Positions 1 through 10,756 of a stretch of DNA of 26,599 nt are shown here, one piece after another. The DNA lies in NCBI RefSeq assembly GCF_006345805.1, contig NW_021834140.1, positions 1-26,599 on the forward strand, written 5' to 3'. The notes under the pieces are model-generated. The model worked only from the letters and a program-made list of their open reading frames with translations. It did no database searches and was not told the DNA's origin. Source of the stretch: Octopus sinensis (taxonomy: Eukaryota). A program made the position numbers and the translations under genes. The stretch's first letter is position 1. Every line of letters starts with the position of its first letter.

Positions 1-118
1 CGGCAAAAAGAGTCCGATAGAATAAGTACCTAGCTTAAAAAGTGTACTGAGTTCCGTTTCTTCGACTGAATACCTCAAGGCAGTGCCCCAGCATGGCTGC
101 TGTCTTATGAATGAAAAT
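1..118 (+). mobile_element. 3' part of tRNA-derived SINE, family A (cut by window edge)
   Basis: CGGCAAAAAGAGTCCGATAGAATAAGTAC...GTGCCCCAGCATGGCTGC matches the 3' half of the intact copy at 2676-3060. Confidence 0.8.
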
Positions 119-137
119 TACATATATGTATGCATGT

Positions 138-585
138 TCTTTTATTCTTATATTCTTTTACTTGTTTCAGTAATTTGACAGCGGCCATGTTGAGCACCGC
201 CTTGAAGCATTTTAGTGGAGCACTCAACTTATTTTTTAAGGCCTAGTACTTATTCTATCGGTGTCTTTTGTTGAGCCGGTAAGTTACAGGGACGTAAACA
301 CACCAACTCCGGTTGTCAAGCGGTGACGGGGAGGCACAAACATACACATATACACACAAACATACACCCCCACCCCCACACGTTCACCCAGACCCATACA
401 CATTATATATTTATATATATATATATATATACGACGGGATTCTTTCAGTTTCCATCTACTAAATCCACTCTCAAGGCTTTGATCGGCCCAAGAATATAGT
501 AGAAGATACTTGCCGAAGTGGTATTGAACCCGAATCCATATGATTCAGAAGCAAGCTTTTTACCACACAGCCACGATTGCGCCAA
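138..585 (-). mobile_element. tRNA-derived SINE, family A, near full length, with internal CA/TA microsatellite
   Basis: The reverse complement aligns along the length of 2676-3060 (head, GGAAACTGAAAGAATCCCGTCGT block, internal repeat, ACTGAAACAAGTAAAAG tail). Confidence 0.85.
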
Positions 586-589
586 TATA

Positions 590-597
590 AGTATATG

Positions 598-629
<32 letters not shown>

Positions 630-635
630 TGTATG

Positions 636-666
<31 letters not shown>

Positions 667-833
667 TGGTATGCATGTATGTATGTATGTATGCATGTAT
701 GTATGTATATATATAAATTCTACCCCCTTTTTCGATGACTATATATGTATAATACATACATACATACATACATACACCCATATATGTAAGTGTATAGATT
801 CATACATACATGTAACTATTATGTGTGTGCGTA

Positions 834-872
<39 letters not shown>

Positions 873-962
873 TATATATATGTGCATATGTACATATATG
901 TATATATATATATATAATATATAATATATATTATATATTATATATATATATATATATATTAC
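590..962. repeat. Compound microsatellite (TATG)n/(TACA)n/(TA)n
   Basis: Seen directly; it explains ORFs 445-696, 518-967 and 560-781. Confidence 0.95.
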
Positions 963-1648
963 ATTAATCTCGGACATTACGCTCACTACGGAGACAGAAT
1001 AATAGGAAACTAAGAAAGCAAATGACAAAAAGAAGACCAGCATTTTAGCCGTCGTTTGTCTCTACGTTTTCGTACGTCATTCGCCTGCTTTGTTTTATAT
1101 TTGCCATCACATATTCATGTCGACATAGACTGTCACTAACCTACCAATTCTATTGACTATCCTTGTTGAACGTAGATTGTACGATAAATTTCAGCCATTT
1201 TCTCCCCACTATTCTCTCCTCTTCCATTCTACTCCGTCATCATGATTTAACGTACCAACAATATTTTACTCCATAAATTTACTAAACTTTACGTGGTAAA
1301 ACTATTTAGAAAGTTTTTAGAAAGAATGGCAGTTCAGACGCGATTCTTAATCAGTCGAATACTTTTAGTTAAAGTGCCTTGGCATAAAATCTTTCCTTTT
1401 GATGTATGGCGGCTGTTCTGAGCGAGCTTACTTGTCAGTTGAGAGTAGATGACATTTCAAGATGGAGGTAAAACTTCATCGTTTTGCCACATCTTTATAT
1501 AAACTTGGCCTACAACTAATGTGTTTGAACAAACGCATACACGACACGGCTCGCTCACGTAATGCCGCTTTCAAAGATATAAATTTATACGTCCATATAT
1601 AAATACACATATAGAGAAGCATGCATGCAAACACGCAAACTTGTGTAT

Positions 1649-1650
1649 GA

Positions 1651-1748
<98 letters not shown>

Positions 1749-1769
1749 ATGTCTGTATGTCTATGTATG

Positions 1770-1809
<40 letters not shown>

Positions 1810-2108
1810 GGTATGTACGTATGTATGTATGTATGTATGTATATATATATATATATACACATATATGTATGTAAATATGTATTTATGTATGTATGTATGT
1901 ATGTATATATATATGTCTATCCATCTATCTATATATGTACCTATCTATCAGTCTATTTATCTCTCAAGCTATGTATGTATTTATGTATGTATGCATCTAT
2001 CTATCCATCTATCTATCTATCTATCTAACTATCTATCTATCTATCTATATATATATATATATCTATCCATCTGTCCATCTATCCATCTATCTATCTATCC
2101 ATCCATCC

Positions 2109-2197
<89 letters not shown>

Positions 2198-2210
2198 CAT
2201 CTATCTATCA
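1649..2210. repeat. Compound microsatellite (ATCT)n/(GTCT)n/(TA)n/(ATGT)n
   Basis: Seen directly; it explains the LSIY/MYVC ORFs between 1625 and 2318. Confidence 0.95.
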
Positions 2211-2675
2211 GTTATCTGGTTGTCTGTCTGTCTTTGTCACTCTCTTTTAATCTATCTGACAATATATATCTGTGTCGCTGTCAGTGACTTTGTTCATTTC
2301 TCTAAGTACGCCTGCTAGTGTATTTATATAAACGTTTGTGCAACAACATACACACGTATTCCATAATATACTTAAATATTCTCTCTATATTTTTATAAAC
2401 GGATTCATACACATACATACATACATGTATATCTAAGTATACGCACACAAAGAGATAAGAACACACATGTATTCACTAACTCATACACGTACTAGCAAAT
2501 ATACTTATATGCATGTATGTTACACGCATATAGGTGTGCACAAATTTCCTATTGAAACGTACACGTGCGAGCACATGTAGGCACCCACATCCATATGTAT
2601 TTCTAAACTGACATCATTATAGCTACGCATGTAGGTGCATGCACATACACTACACATGAATATACATTGTTATTG

Positions 2676-3060
2676 TAGGCGCAGGAGTGGCTGTTTGGTA
2701 AGTAGCTTGCTTACGAACCACATGGTTCCGGGTTCAGTCCCACTGCGTGGTACCTTGGGCAAGTGTCTTCTACTATAGCCTCGGCCCGACCAAAGCCTTG
2801 TGAATGGATTTGGTGGACGGATATATGTATATATATATATATGTATGTGTGTGTATATGTTTGTGTGTCTGTGTTTGTCCCCCAAACATTGCTTTACAAT
2901 CGATGCTGGTGTGTTTACGTCCCCGTAACTTAGTGGTTCGGCAAAAGGGTCTGACAGAATAAGTACTAGGCTTACAAAGAGTAAGTCCTGGGGTCGACTA
3001 AAGTCGGTGCTCCAGCATGGCCGCAGACAAATGACTGAAACAAGTAAAAGAGTAAAAGAG
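2676..3060 (+). mobile_element. Full-length tRNA-derived SINE, family A (octopus-type)
   Basis: Head TAGGCGCAGGAGTGGCTGTTTGGTAAG with A-box-like TGGCTGTTTGG and B-box-like GGTTCAGTCCC; internal TA/TG repeat; tail GTAAAAGAGTAAAAGAG. Four other copies or fragments occur in the window. Confidence 0.9.
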
Positions 3061-3132
3061 TATATGCGCATGTGTTCGTATATTCATACACGTAGCTCAA
3101 CTGGTGGAACAGTTTAAGACTGATGTACATTA

Positions 3133-3325
3133 AAGCTTTGAGCTGGCAGAAGCGAGGTTAAATGCTTAGCGGAGTTTCGTCCGTCTTCACGCCGAGGCCG
3201 ACTTTGCCTTTCATCCTTTCGGGATGGATAAAATAAGTACTAGCTGATCGCTGGGGTCGATGTAAATTGACGTACCTTCTTCCCCCGATATTGCTGGCCC
3301 TGTGCCAACATTTGAAACCAATATT
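3133..3325 (+). mobile_element. SINE family B (central GACTTTGCCTTTCATCCTTTCGGG block)
   Basis: Shares GAGCTGGCAGAA, AAATGCTTAGCGG, GCCTTTCATCCTTTCG and CTGGGGTCGAT with the minus-strand copy at 7491-7704. Confidence 0.8.
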
Positions 3326-3367
3326 GCATCCATGAAAAATTTTCAGTAATTTGACATTATGGTATCT

Positions 3368-3570
3368 TTTATCTATTACTTGTTTCAGTCATTAGACTGC
3401 GGCCCGAAGGATTTTATTGGAATGAATTGACCCTAATACGTTTTAAAAACACCTGGTGTTTATTCTATTGGTATTTTTTGCCGAACCGCCTATTTACGGA
3501 GATATAACAAACCAGCACCGGGTGTCAAGCTATGGTGAAAGACAACCACAGTCATGAAGGCACAGACACA

Positions 3571-3609
<39 letters not shown>

Positions 3610-3707
3610 ACACACACACACACACACGCATGCATGTAGGTACACACAAACGCATGCAGGTACGCGCAAACGCATGCAGGTGCGGACATACGCATTCAGG
3701 TACGCAT

Positions 3708-3775
<68 letters not shown>

Positions 3776-3948
3776 ATATATACGACGGGGTTCGTTCAGC
3801 TTCCGTCTACCAGATCCCACTTACAGGGCTTTGGTCGGCCCGAGGCTATAATAGAAGACACTTAGCCAAGATGCCATGCAGTGGGATTGAAATCAGAACC
3901 ATCTGATTCGGAAGCAAACTTCTTATCACGCAACCACGCCTCAGCCTA
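3368..3948 (-). mobile_element. SINE family A, diverged, with about 220 bp internal (CA)n/minisatellite expansion
   Basis: Head at 3782-3948 (ACGACGGG...GGCTTTGGTCGGCCCGAGGCTATA...AGAAGACACTT) and tail at 3368-3545 are reverse complements of the 2676-3060 blocks. Confidence 0.85.
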
Positions 3949-4624
3949 TGCTGCGCGAACCTTGTTTTATCATTGACTTCTATGTTATAAACTGAAATGT
4001 GTTTCGGGGGAATTCCTCTCCCCACCCCACCTCACCTCCAAAATAAGCCGGTAATACAACAACCGCAATGCTTGAAAAGAATAAGTTTTAAACACACATA
4101 GAACTGCGTATCTTTATAATGCATTTGGGAATAAAGAAGGAAGTGGTGTCTTAGTAATGTATGTACTTACCATGTACGTTCTCACCATATTGTGATTCTT
4201 CATCGACGAAGAGCGGGAGTCATATTGAGGAAATGAAAGAAGTACAGAAGTAAAGAAGTGCAAAAGTGATAACATAGAGTGGGAGCTATATGATGTGGGT
4301 GGAAAAAGCGTAAGAATAAAGTTAGTGACAAAATCCCGGTCAGTTGATTTGGCGCACTAATAAACAAGGCGGGTAGTAGAGGAGAGAGCGGGTAAGTGCT
4401 GGAAGGAATGTTGAAAGCAATGAAAGACAAGAAGGGTTCTAGGAGTTGGCAAAAATCCGAGCGCAATGAAACATGAAAAAATTGTAGGACAAAATAAATT
4501 TTAAAAAAGAAGGCAAGCAACACACATGTACAGAGGATAGAGATAAAATAACACGAAAAGTGACAGAGTGAATAAAAGCCCCACACCAATTATTTCAAAA
4601 CAAAACAAAATTGTTTTATATACA

Positions 4625-4773
4625 TAGGCGCAGGAGTGGTTGTGTGGTAAGTAGATTGCTTACCAACCACATGGTTCCGGGTTCAGACCCACTTCGTGGC
4701 ATCTTGGGCAAGTGTCTTCTACTATAGCATCGGGTTGACCAAAGCCTTGAGTGGATTTGGTAGACGGAAACAG

Positions 4774-4821
<48 letters not shown>

Positions 4822-4877
4822 TGTGGTTTGTGTCTCTCCCGTACCATCGCTTGGGTATTTTTCACGTCCCATAACGA
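4625..4877 (+). mobile_element. SINE family A, 3'-truncated
   Basis: TAGGCGCAGGAGTGGTTGTGTGGTAAG...GGATTTGGTAGACGGAAAC, then (TA)n, ending at CACGTCCCATAAC before an (AAT)n run. Confidence 0.85.
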
Positions 4878-4932
4878 ATAATAATAATATAATAATAATA
4901 TAATAATAATAATAATAATAAATAATAATAAT

Positions 4933-5075
4933 ATCGAAAAATACCTTAGCAATGAGAACCCAGTTCGAAATTTCCCGAAGACACCTGATGAAGGCTGGAG
5001 GGTATATCAGCCGAAACGTTGTGTTAACAACAAACAAGATGAGGACAAATATCTGTCAAATGTAACTAATGTATA
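4933..5075 (+). mobile_element. Short repeat carrying a hammerhead motif, probably a Penelope-like pLTR fragment
   Basis: Non-microsatellite block right after (AAT)n 4878-4932 that contains a complete hammerhead core. The Penelope link is inferred from the known association of minimal hammerheads with PLEs; boundaries are approximate. Confidence 0.55.
4980..5025 (+). ncRNA. Minimal type-I hammerhead ribozyme
   Basis: Stem I GACAC(4980-4984)/GUGUU(5021-5025); core CUGAUGA(4985-4991) plus an extra A; stem II GGCUG(4993-4997)/CAGCC(5008-5012); GAAA(5013-5016); palindromic ACGU stem III; cleavage triplet GUU, predicted cut after 5020. Confidence 0.75.
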
Positions 5076-5343
5076 TATTAGGATTTTTGTTCGTAAAAAT
5101 GTTGAAATTTATTCTAATTACCATGAGTGGTAATTAGTGTCTCACAGCTACTACTGCTACCACCACCATCACTTGTGTGGTGATAGTAGTAGTAGTAGTT
5201 GTAAAGGGTGGATAATGACAGAGAGTTTGCTAATGGTGATGGGATGTGGCCGATGATGCTGGGTATTGTGAGACAGGTGTTGGTGGAGTTTTCAGTTGTT
5301 TATGCTTATATTGACGTTAATGTCTGCCACCGGAGAAGATTGA

Positions 5344-5423
5344 CAGGAAGTCGGAACGTAAAACCAATATATACAGCCATCTTGTCGGTATGCTTCTTTC
5401 AAGTTTTCTAGTCTGGTGTAAGT
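5344..5423. promoter_or_regulatory. Promoter-like motif cluster (ETS, CCAAT, YY1-like) with nearby splice donor
   Basis: CAGGAAGT 5344-5351 followed by CGGAA 5352-5356; CCAAT 5364-5368; TATATA 5368-5373; GCCATCTTG 5376-5384; GT/GTAAGT donor-like site at 5418-5423. Confidence 0.3.
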
Positions 5424-5444
5424 GGAGAGTGTATGTGTATATAC

Positions 5445-5557
<113 letters not shown>

Positions 5558-5579
5558 CGTATGTATGGAGGTGATATGT

Positions 5580-6000
5580 TGGTAGGAATGGAAGAAAGAA
5601 GAGGAGGAAGAAGAAGAAGTGGAAGATAAGGAAGAGGAAGAGGTATGCAATAAGAGGAGAGAATGGTCCTTAGACAAATGCTGATGGTCGCATTTGATGT
5701 ATGTCGGTGGTTGTCGAGAAGAAGAGCAGGAAGAGAAAGGAGAAAAGAAAGAGCAGGAGCAGGGACGGGGTAGAGAGTGGAAAAGGTGAAAGAGATGGTG
5801 GAGGAGAAGGCCGAAGAGAAGGCGGAGGAGAGGAAGTGAGGAATAAGAAGAGTGGATGGTTCTGAGACAAAATGTTGGTTGGTGCTGTCGCGTCGGTGGA
5901 GGTGGTGTCCAGGAGGTGTGGAAAGAGAAGAATGAAGGAAAGGGTGGAAGAGGAATGGGAGGAAGAGAAGGAGTAAGGAATAAAAAGAGAGGATGCTTCT
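5580..6000. repeat. GA-rich purine low-complexity tract
   Basis: Degenerate GAA/GAG/GGA repeats; source of ORFs 5513-6037, 5670-6044 and 5856-6077. Confidence 0.8.
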
Positions 6001-6078
6001 TCGGTAAACAGTGCTTCGTCAAAAGCAATTTCACCATTTGCCATATTTTCTTTTCCTCCGTTGATTTATCGAAGTAGC

Positions 6079-6082
<4 letters not shown>

Positions 6083-6161
<79 letters not shown>
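6083..6161. repeat. (CA)n microsatellite
   Basis: Seen directly. Confidence 0.98.
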
Positions 6162-6163
<2 letters not shown>

Positions 6164-6442
6164 ACACATCAATATAGTTATTAATGTCCAGTAATGGTGC
6201 AGCTATATTTCACCAATGACCATCGCTTCGGCTGCACAAGGGAATAATAAAACTAAGAAGTTCAATCTAAAGTGCCTGTCGTTCCAGAAATGCATGTAAC
6301 TTGCAAGATCATAATGGGTGCATGTCTAACGGTATTGCTATTTGGCCATAATGACAACGAAAGGTAAAAAAAAAATTATTATTAATGTCACTAAAATTAT
6401 TTAAAGTGTTTGAAATTACAATATTAAATACAAAATATGCCA

Positions 6443-6475
<33 letters not shown>

Positions 6476-6476
6476 G

Positions 6477-6546
<70 letters not shown>

Positions 6547-6729
6547 TAATAATAATAATAGTAACAATGGCACTCTTCTTTTAATTTTGACTCTATATCT
6601 TCAGGAGGAGTTACCTCAATCATTTTTTGAACGAGTTGAAGACACACAAGATGTCGAAATATCGTTCACTAGATAACAATGGCTCTCTTCTTTTAATAAT
6701 CATAATAGTAGTAATAATAATAATTAATA

Positions 6730-6779
<50 letters not shown>

Positions 6780-6870
6780 TAATAATAATAATGATAAAAA
6801 TAATAATAATAATAATAATAATAACAACAATAATTAATAATAATAACAATATAATAATAATAAATAATAA
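6443..6870. repeat. (ACT)n/(AAT)n field interrupted by a unique segment at about 6562-6697
   Basis: Seen directly. Confidence 0.95.
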
Positions 6871-7490
6871 GTGGCTCTCATGGCTTCTGATCTTAACTGA
6901 TTGGAAGTGTTATCATGTACATTGTTTTGTCTTGGTATAAAAGATGGGCTACAGCAAATATTCTGCTCAATACCACAGATTTGCTTGTCAGTTGTTTGAC
7001 TTTAACCAGTTGAGCATGTCCTAGTGCTGACGATATGTGCAACTCTGATCACGAGCAGAAGTAGTGGGGGAGCATCATAGCCATGTGTTGAGAGGGATTC
7101 TTTGGGGGTTTGGAATAATTCACCTCTGGAGACATGGGTGGTTCTTTCAACATCCTAAACAACCCTTATTCAGGACCCTTTTGAGCGGGATGGGCTACTC
7201 AACCTGAAGAAAATTCTAACTGGGCCCCACCTGCAAGGTCATGTGCTGTTTATTGATATGAGATCACCATTCGCGCACATAGGTTGTGATGCATGTGCCT
7301 GGTGTACCTTTATCAGACGGGTAGTCATGATAGGTATATTGGGCTTCGTATATTTTACCCCAGTGTCACTTTGATGGCATGCACTGTTCTCTCACTCAAT
7401 AATAATAATAATAATATAATAATAATAATAATAATTAATAAAATAATAATAATAATGATAATAATAATAATAATAAATAATAATAATAAT
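6871..7490 (+). mobile_element. 5'-truncated LINE 3' end with (AAT)n tail, probably the 3' UTR of an R4/Dong-type element
   Basis: Non-coding block ending CTCTCACTC plus (AAT)n; its 3' end recurs at 11641-11748; flanked by AAT on both sides. The R4/Dong assignment is recalled from octopus repeats and the known TAA targeting of Dong, and is not provable here. Confidence 0.55.
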
Positions 7491-7704
7491 CCTTTCTACT
7501 TGTAGCACAAGGCCTCAAATTTTGGGGAAAGGGATTAAGTCGATTATATTGACCCCAGTGTTTCACAAGGTACTTAATTTACCGACCTCGAAAGGATGAA
7601 AGGCAAAGCAAAGCTCGGCGGAATTTGAACTTAGAACGTAAAGACGAACGAAATGCTGCTAAGATTCGCCCGGTAATGTTAGCGATTCTGCAGCTCACCG
7701 CCTT
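7491..7704 (-). mobile_element. SINE family B, near full length, with (ATT)n tail
   Basis: Minus strand reads AAGGCGGTGAGCTGCAGAATCGC...GTTCTAAGTTCAAATTCCGCCGAG...GCCTTTCATCCTTTCGAGGTCGGTAAATTAAGTACC...GAAAGGATTATT; homologous to 3133-3325. Confidence 0.85.
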
Positions 7705-7735
7705 AATAATAATAAGTATAATAATGAAATAATAC

Positions 7736-7779
<44 letters not shown>

Positions 7780-7908
7780 TAATAATATAATAATAATAAT
7801 AATATTAATATAATAAAATAATGATAATAATAATAGTGATGATGATAATAATAATAATAATAATAAGAATAATAAAATGATATATAATAATTATAGTAAT
7901 AATAATAA

Positions 7909-7946
<38 letters not shown>

Positions 7947-8090
7947 TAATATAATAGTGATGATAATAATAATAATAATAATATAATAATAATAATAATG
8001 ATAATAATAATTATAATAATAATAAATAAGCATAATAAGATAATAATAATATAATAATAATAAAATAATAATAATAATAATAATAATATA

Positions 8091-8115
<25 letters not shown>
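7705..8115. repeat. Long imperfect (AAT)n tract
   Basis: Seen directly; source of the poly-I/Y/L ORFs 7695-8033 and 7805-8272. Confidence 0.97.
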
Positions 8116-8121
<6 letters not shown>

Positions 8122-8335
8122 CTTTATTAGCCAGAAGAGCCGACAAAAATAAGATAGGAGATGAAGGAGAAAGTGGAGTTACATAAAGTGTCGTGTCGTG
8201 TAAAAAGTCAATAGCAATGAAAAAGGCAAGCAACTCTGGGCTACTCATGGAGACCCCACGAAAAACCCACAAGCATCACGACCACTAGGGCAACAGCCCT
8301 CTCCCCATTTTTCTCTCTCTCTCAGCTTTGGAAAC

Positions 8336-10457
8336 TCAAAAGTACATGCTCAAATTAGGCCCATTGACACGGGCCATCGTTGCCACAGTCACTCACCTTT
8401 AAATAAAATTGCTGGAAGTCAGCACTTCTTTCTCAACCCTCACTTTCCTTTTCACATGGTACCTGAAAAAGTTGATGAGGGGTAGGCCAAACAGAAAAGT
8501 ATTTGTCTTCAGCTTTTTCAGTCTAGACCACCACAGTCTTCGTGATGGAATCAGCCGACAAGCGGACTTGTCCTACACGGACAGCAGGTGTTCGACATAA
8601 ATCCGTATATCACACATGCTCGGGCACTGGACGAGTGCGTGTAGAACGGTTTTATCGTTCTGCGCACATCTCGTGCAGGTCCGACTGACAGCACTTCCGT
8701 GCCTGTTGAGCTTATCTCGACCAGGCAGAGACCCGCTAGCACTGTCAAACCAGGGATTTCTGGAAGTTATCCATAGGCCCGAAAGTTCTCTGGAACAGAC
8801 TGGCGAGTTGAAATTCATCGAAGCCTAGAGTCTCCCTAACAACGTCGTCATTTCCTTTCAGCACTAAAATTCCTTACAACGCCTGGCGACACTCAAGATG
8901 CCAGACGCCCAGCCTGTAAGATTGCAGCTCATTCTAAGAGACGAGCTGCGGGAAAGCAAGTCTGACAAACGGCGACGACATCTGCACACCGTCGTCGAGG
9001 AAACGCTGGATGTGCATGTCTGCGCATCAATATCCACGGTATGCCCAGCCCACCGTTCATAGGGTGTTGACAGCAAATGGAGCGCCTGACATGCAGAGTC
9101 CGACCCTTCCATAAAAGGCGGAAAAGCAAATGCTTCACTTAACCAGGTACGAACTGGGGCAAGGCGACGTTGAGGCGGTAGTAAATGACTGAGGCGACGT
9201 ATGTGTTCATCTTGACTTTTCAAGGATAGTTTCCTCCCGGCCCATTTCTGGGCGAGACTGGCTACCCTGCTCGTCACCTCGTTCCAGCTCTTTTCCAGTT
9301 GGAGGTTCGGTCCGAACCAGACCCCGAGCAATTTTACAGTGACCGTCCAACCTCCTACAATGCTGTCGGTCGGCATGGATCTGCCTCTCTGGGTGCCAAG
9401 CTGCAAGCTGACCGACTTTTCCGGATTAATCTTCGCTCCCGTTACTTTCTCGTATTCTTTCACGGTAGAGCTGACCAGGTCTATGTGCTTGTCGTCCGAT
9501 ACTATGACGGTGACATTGTCTGCGTATGCCGACACAACTCTCTCACATCCTAGTTCACGCGAGATGCCTTTCAACGACTCCAGTTTCCGAAGTAATGAAT
9601 CCGACTCAGTACATACGGAAGGAATGAGAGTGTGTACCCTTGACGGACCGAACACACGATGTTGAATGGTTCCGATAGGTGACAATTCACTCGGACTACC
9701 GAGATGTCACTATATATAGCAGCGATCCAACCGCGGAAAACCGGACCGAAACAGGCCACGTGAGAACAGTCGCCACATATAGATGGTCAACACTATCAAA
9801 GGCTTTTAACTGATCTAAATTGATCAGAGCCCTACCCATGCTAGGTTAACTACCTTATCCACGATGTATCGCATAAGGTGGATGTTGTCATGGATGGACC
9901 TGTTTGGGTCGGCGCATGCTTGTGCGTTTCCTACCAGTTTCCTACCGACTAGCGCCAACCGCTTCACTAGCAGTTTAGCCAAAATTTTCATGTCTGCATA
10001 AAGCTGTGTGATGGGCCTAAAATTATCTAATACCTCCCACTTGTTCGGATCCTTTCTCAGCATTTACACTGCTCCTCGGCTCACAGATTTAGGAATTCTC
10101 TCATTCTGTTGCCAGTTACAGTAAACAGCCACCAGTCTGAAGCCCCACAATTTCTACCATTCACGTCCAGGACTACCAGCTTACCTTCTGGGTCAAGACG
10201 ACTGACCTTGTTTTGAGATCCAGACCTTTCCAAATCAGTACTGCAGTATTCCCACCACCCATTCCCCGCCGACACAGAGATGAATAGATCTCGTAGTCAT
10301 CGAAAATGGACATGAAAGTTCGCCCTTTGGTTAGTCTGGATTCAGTAATGCACATTACATCTATTCCTCGTGACCTGAGGTCGTTGAGTAGGTGACCTTG
10401 TTTCGAAGGGGACTCCAGGCCACACTCATTTATGCAACCAATTTTGAGTATGACCAT
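8336..10457 (-). pseudogene. LINE ORF2 (APE endonuclease + reverse transcriptase), frameshifted, with stops and internal deletion
   Basis: EN start MVILKIGCINECGL...IDVMCITESRL; RT motifs DNFRPITQL, LDQLKAFDSVDH, SVRQG, YADN (YADD-like), TGAKINPEKS; C-terminal CTRC...TVLHALVQCP; last TGA at 8338-8336. Confidence 0.92.
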
Positions 10458-10756
10458 TTGAGCGGCTGGTAAGGAGAGGACTACATACCACTAGCACTCT
10501 GGGGTGGGAGCGGGTAGGTGTCCTACTCGCAAAATTTTTCCCTACGAGAGTTCCGGATCCCAGTAATGAACTCAATTGCATACAGCCAATCAATGTTCAC
10601 CTTGACCTTGTATACAAACAACTACGAAGAGGCAGCCGATCGGATAATGAAAACATAACATTTGTGAATGTGTTAAAAACAACCAATCTCTTGGTAAAAC
10701 ACACTCTGCCAAGTAAACTTAAGACAAAGAACGGTGTTGAAAGTCGACCGATCGTC

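Noticed and set aside
445-2318. Long ORFs rich in YIHT/MYVC/LSIY
   Set aside because: Translations of stop-free tetranucleotide and dinucleotide microsatellites. The same applies to the HT/VC, poly-N, poly-I and poly-S ORFs elsewhere.
2676-2760. tRNA genes at SINE heads (also 4625, 12601, 14300, 17957, 24526)
   Set aside because: A/B-box-like motifs are present but there is no complete cloverleaf, and each continues into a SINE body.
4230-4360. Plus-frame peptide ...IEWELYDVGGKSVR... resembling the small GTPase/G-alpha DVGGQ motif
   Set aside because: Bounded by stops with no start or splice sites, the catalytic Gln is absent, and no other GTPase motifs are nearby; likely chance.
8864-9685. 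273-aa ORF as a functional reverse transcriptase gene
   Set aside because: It is a frameshift-bounded piece of the dead LINE ORF2 with YADN in place of YADD.
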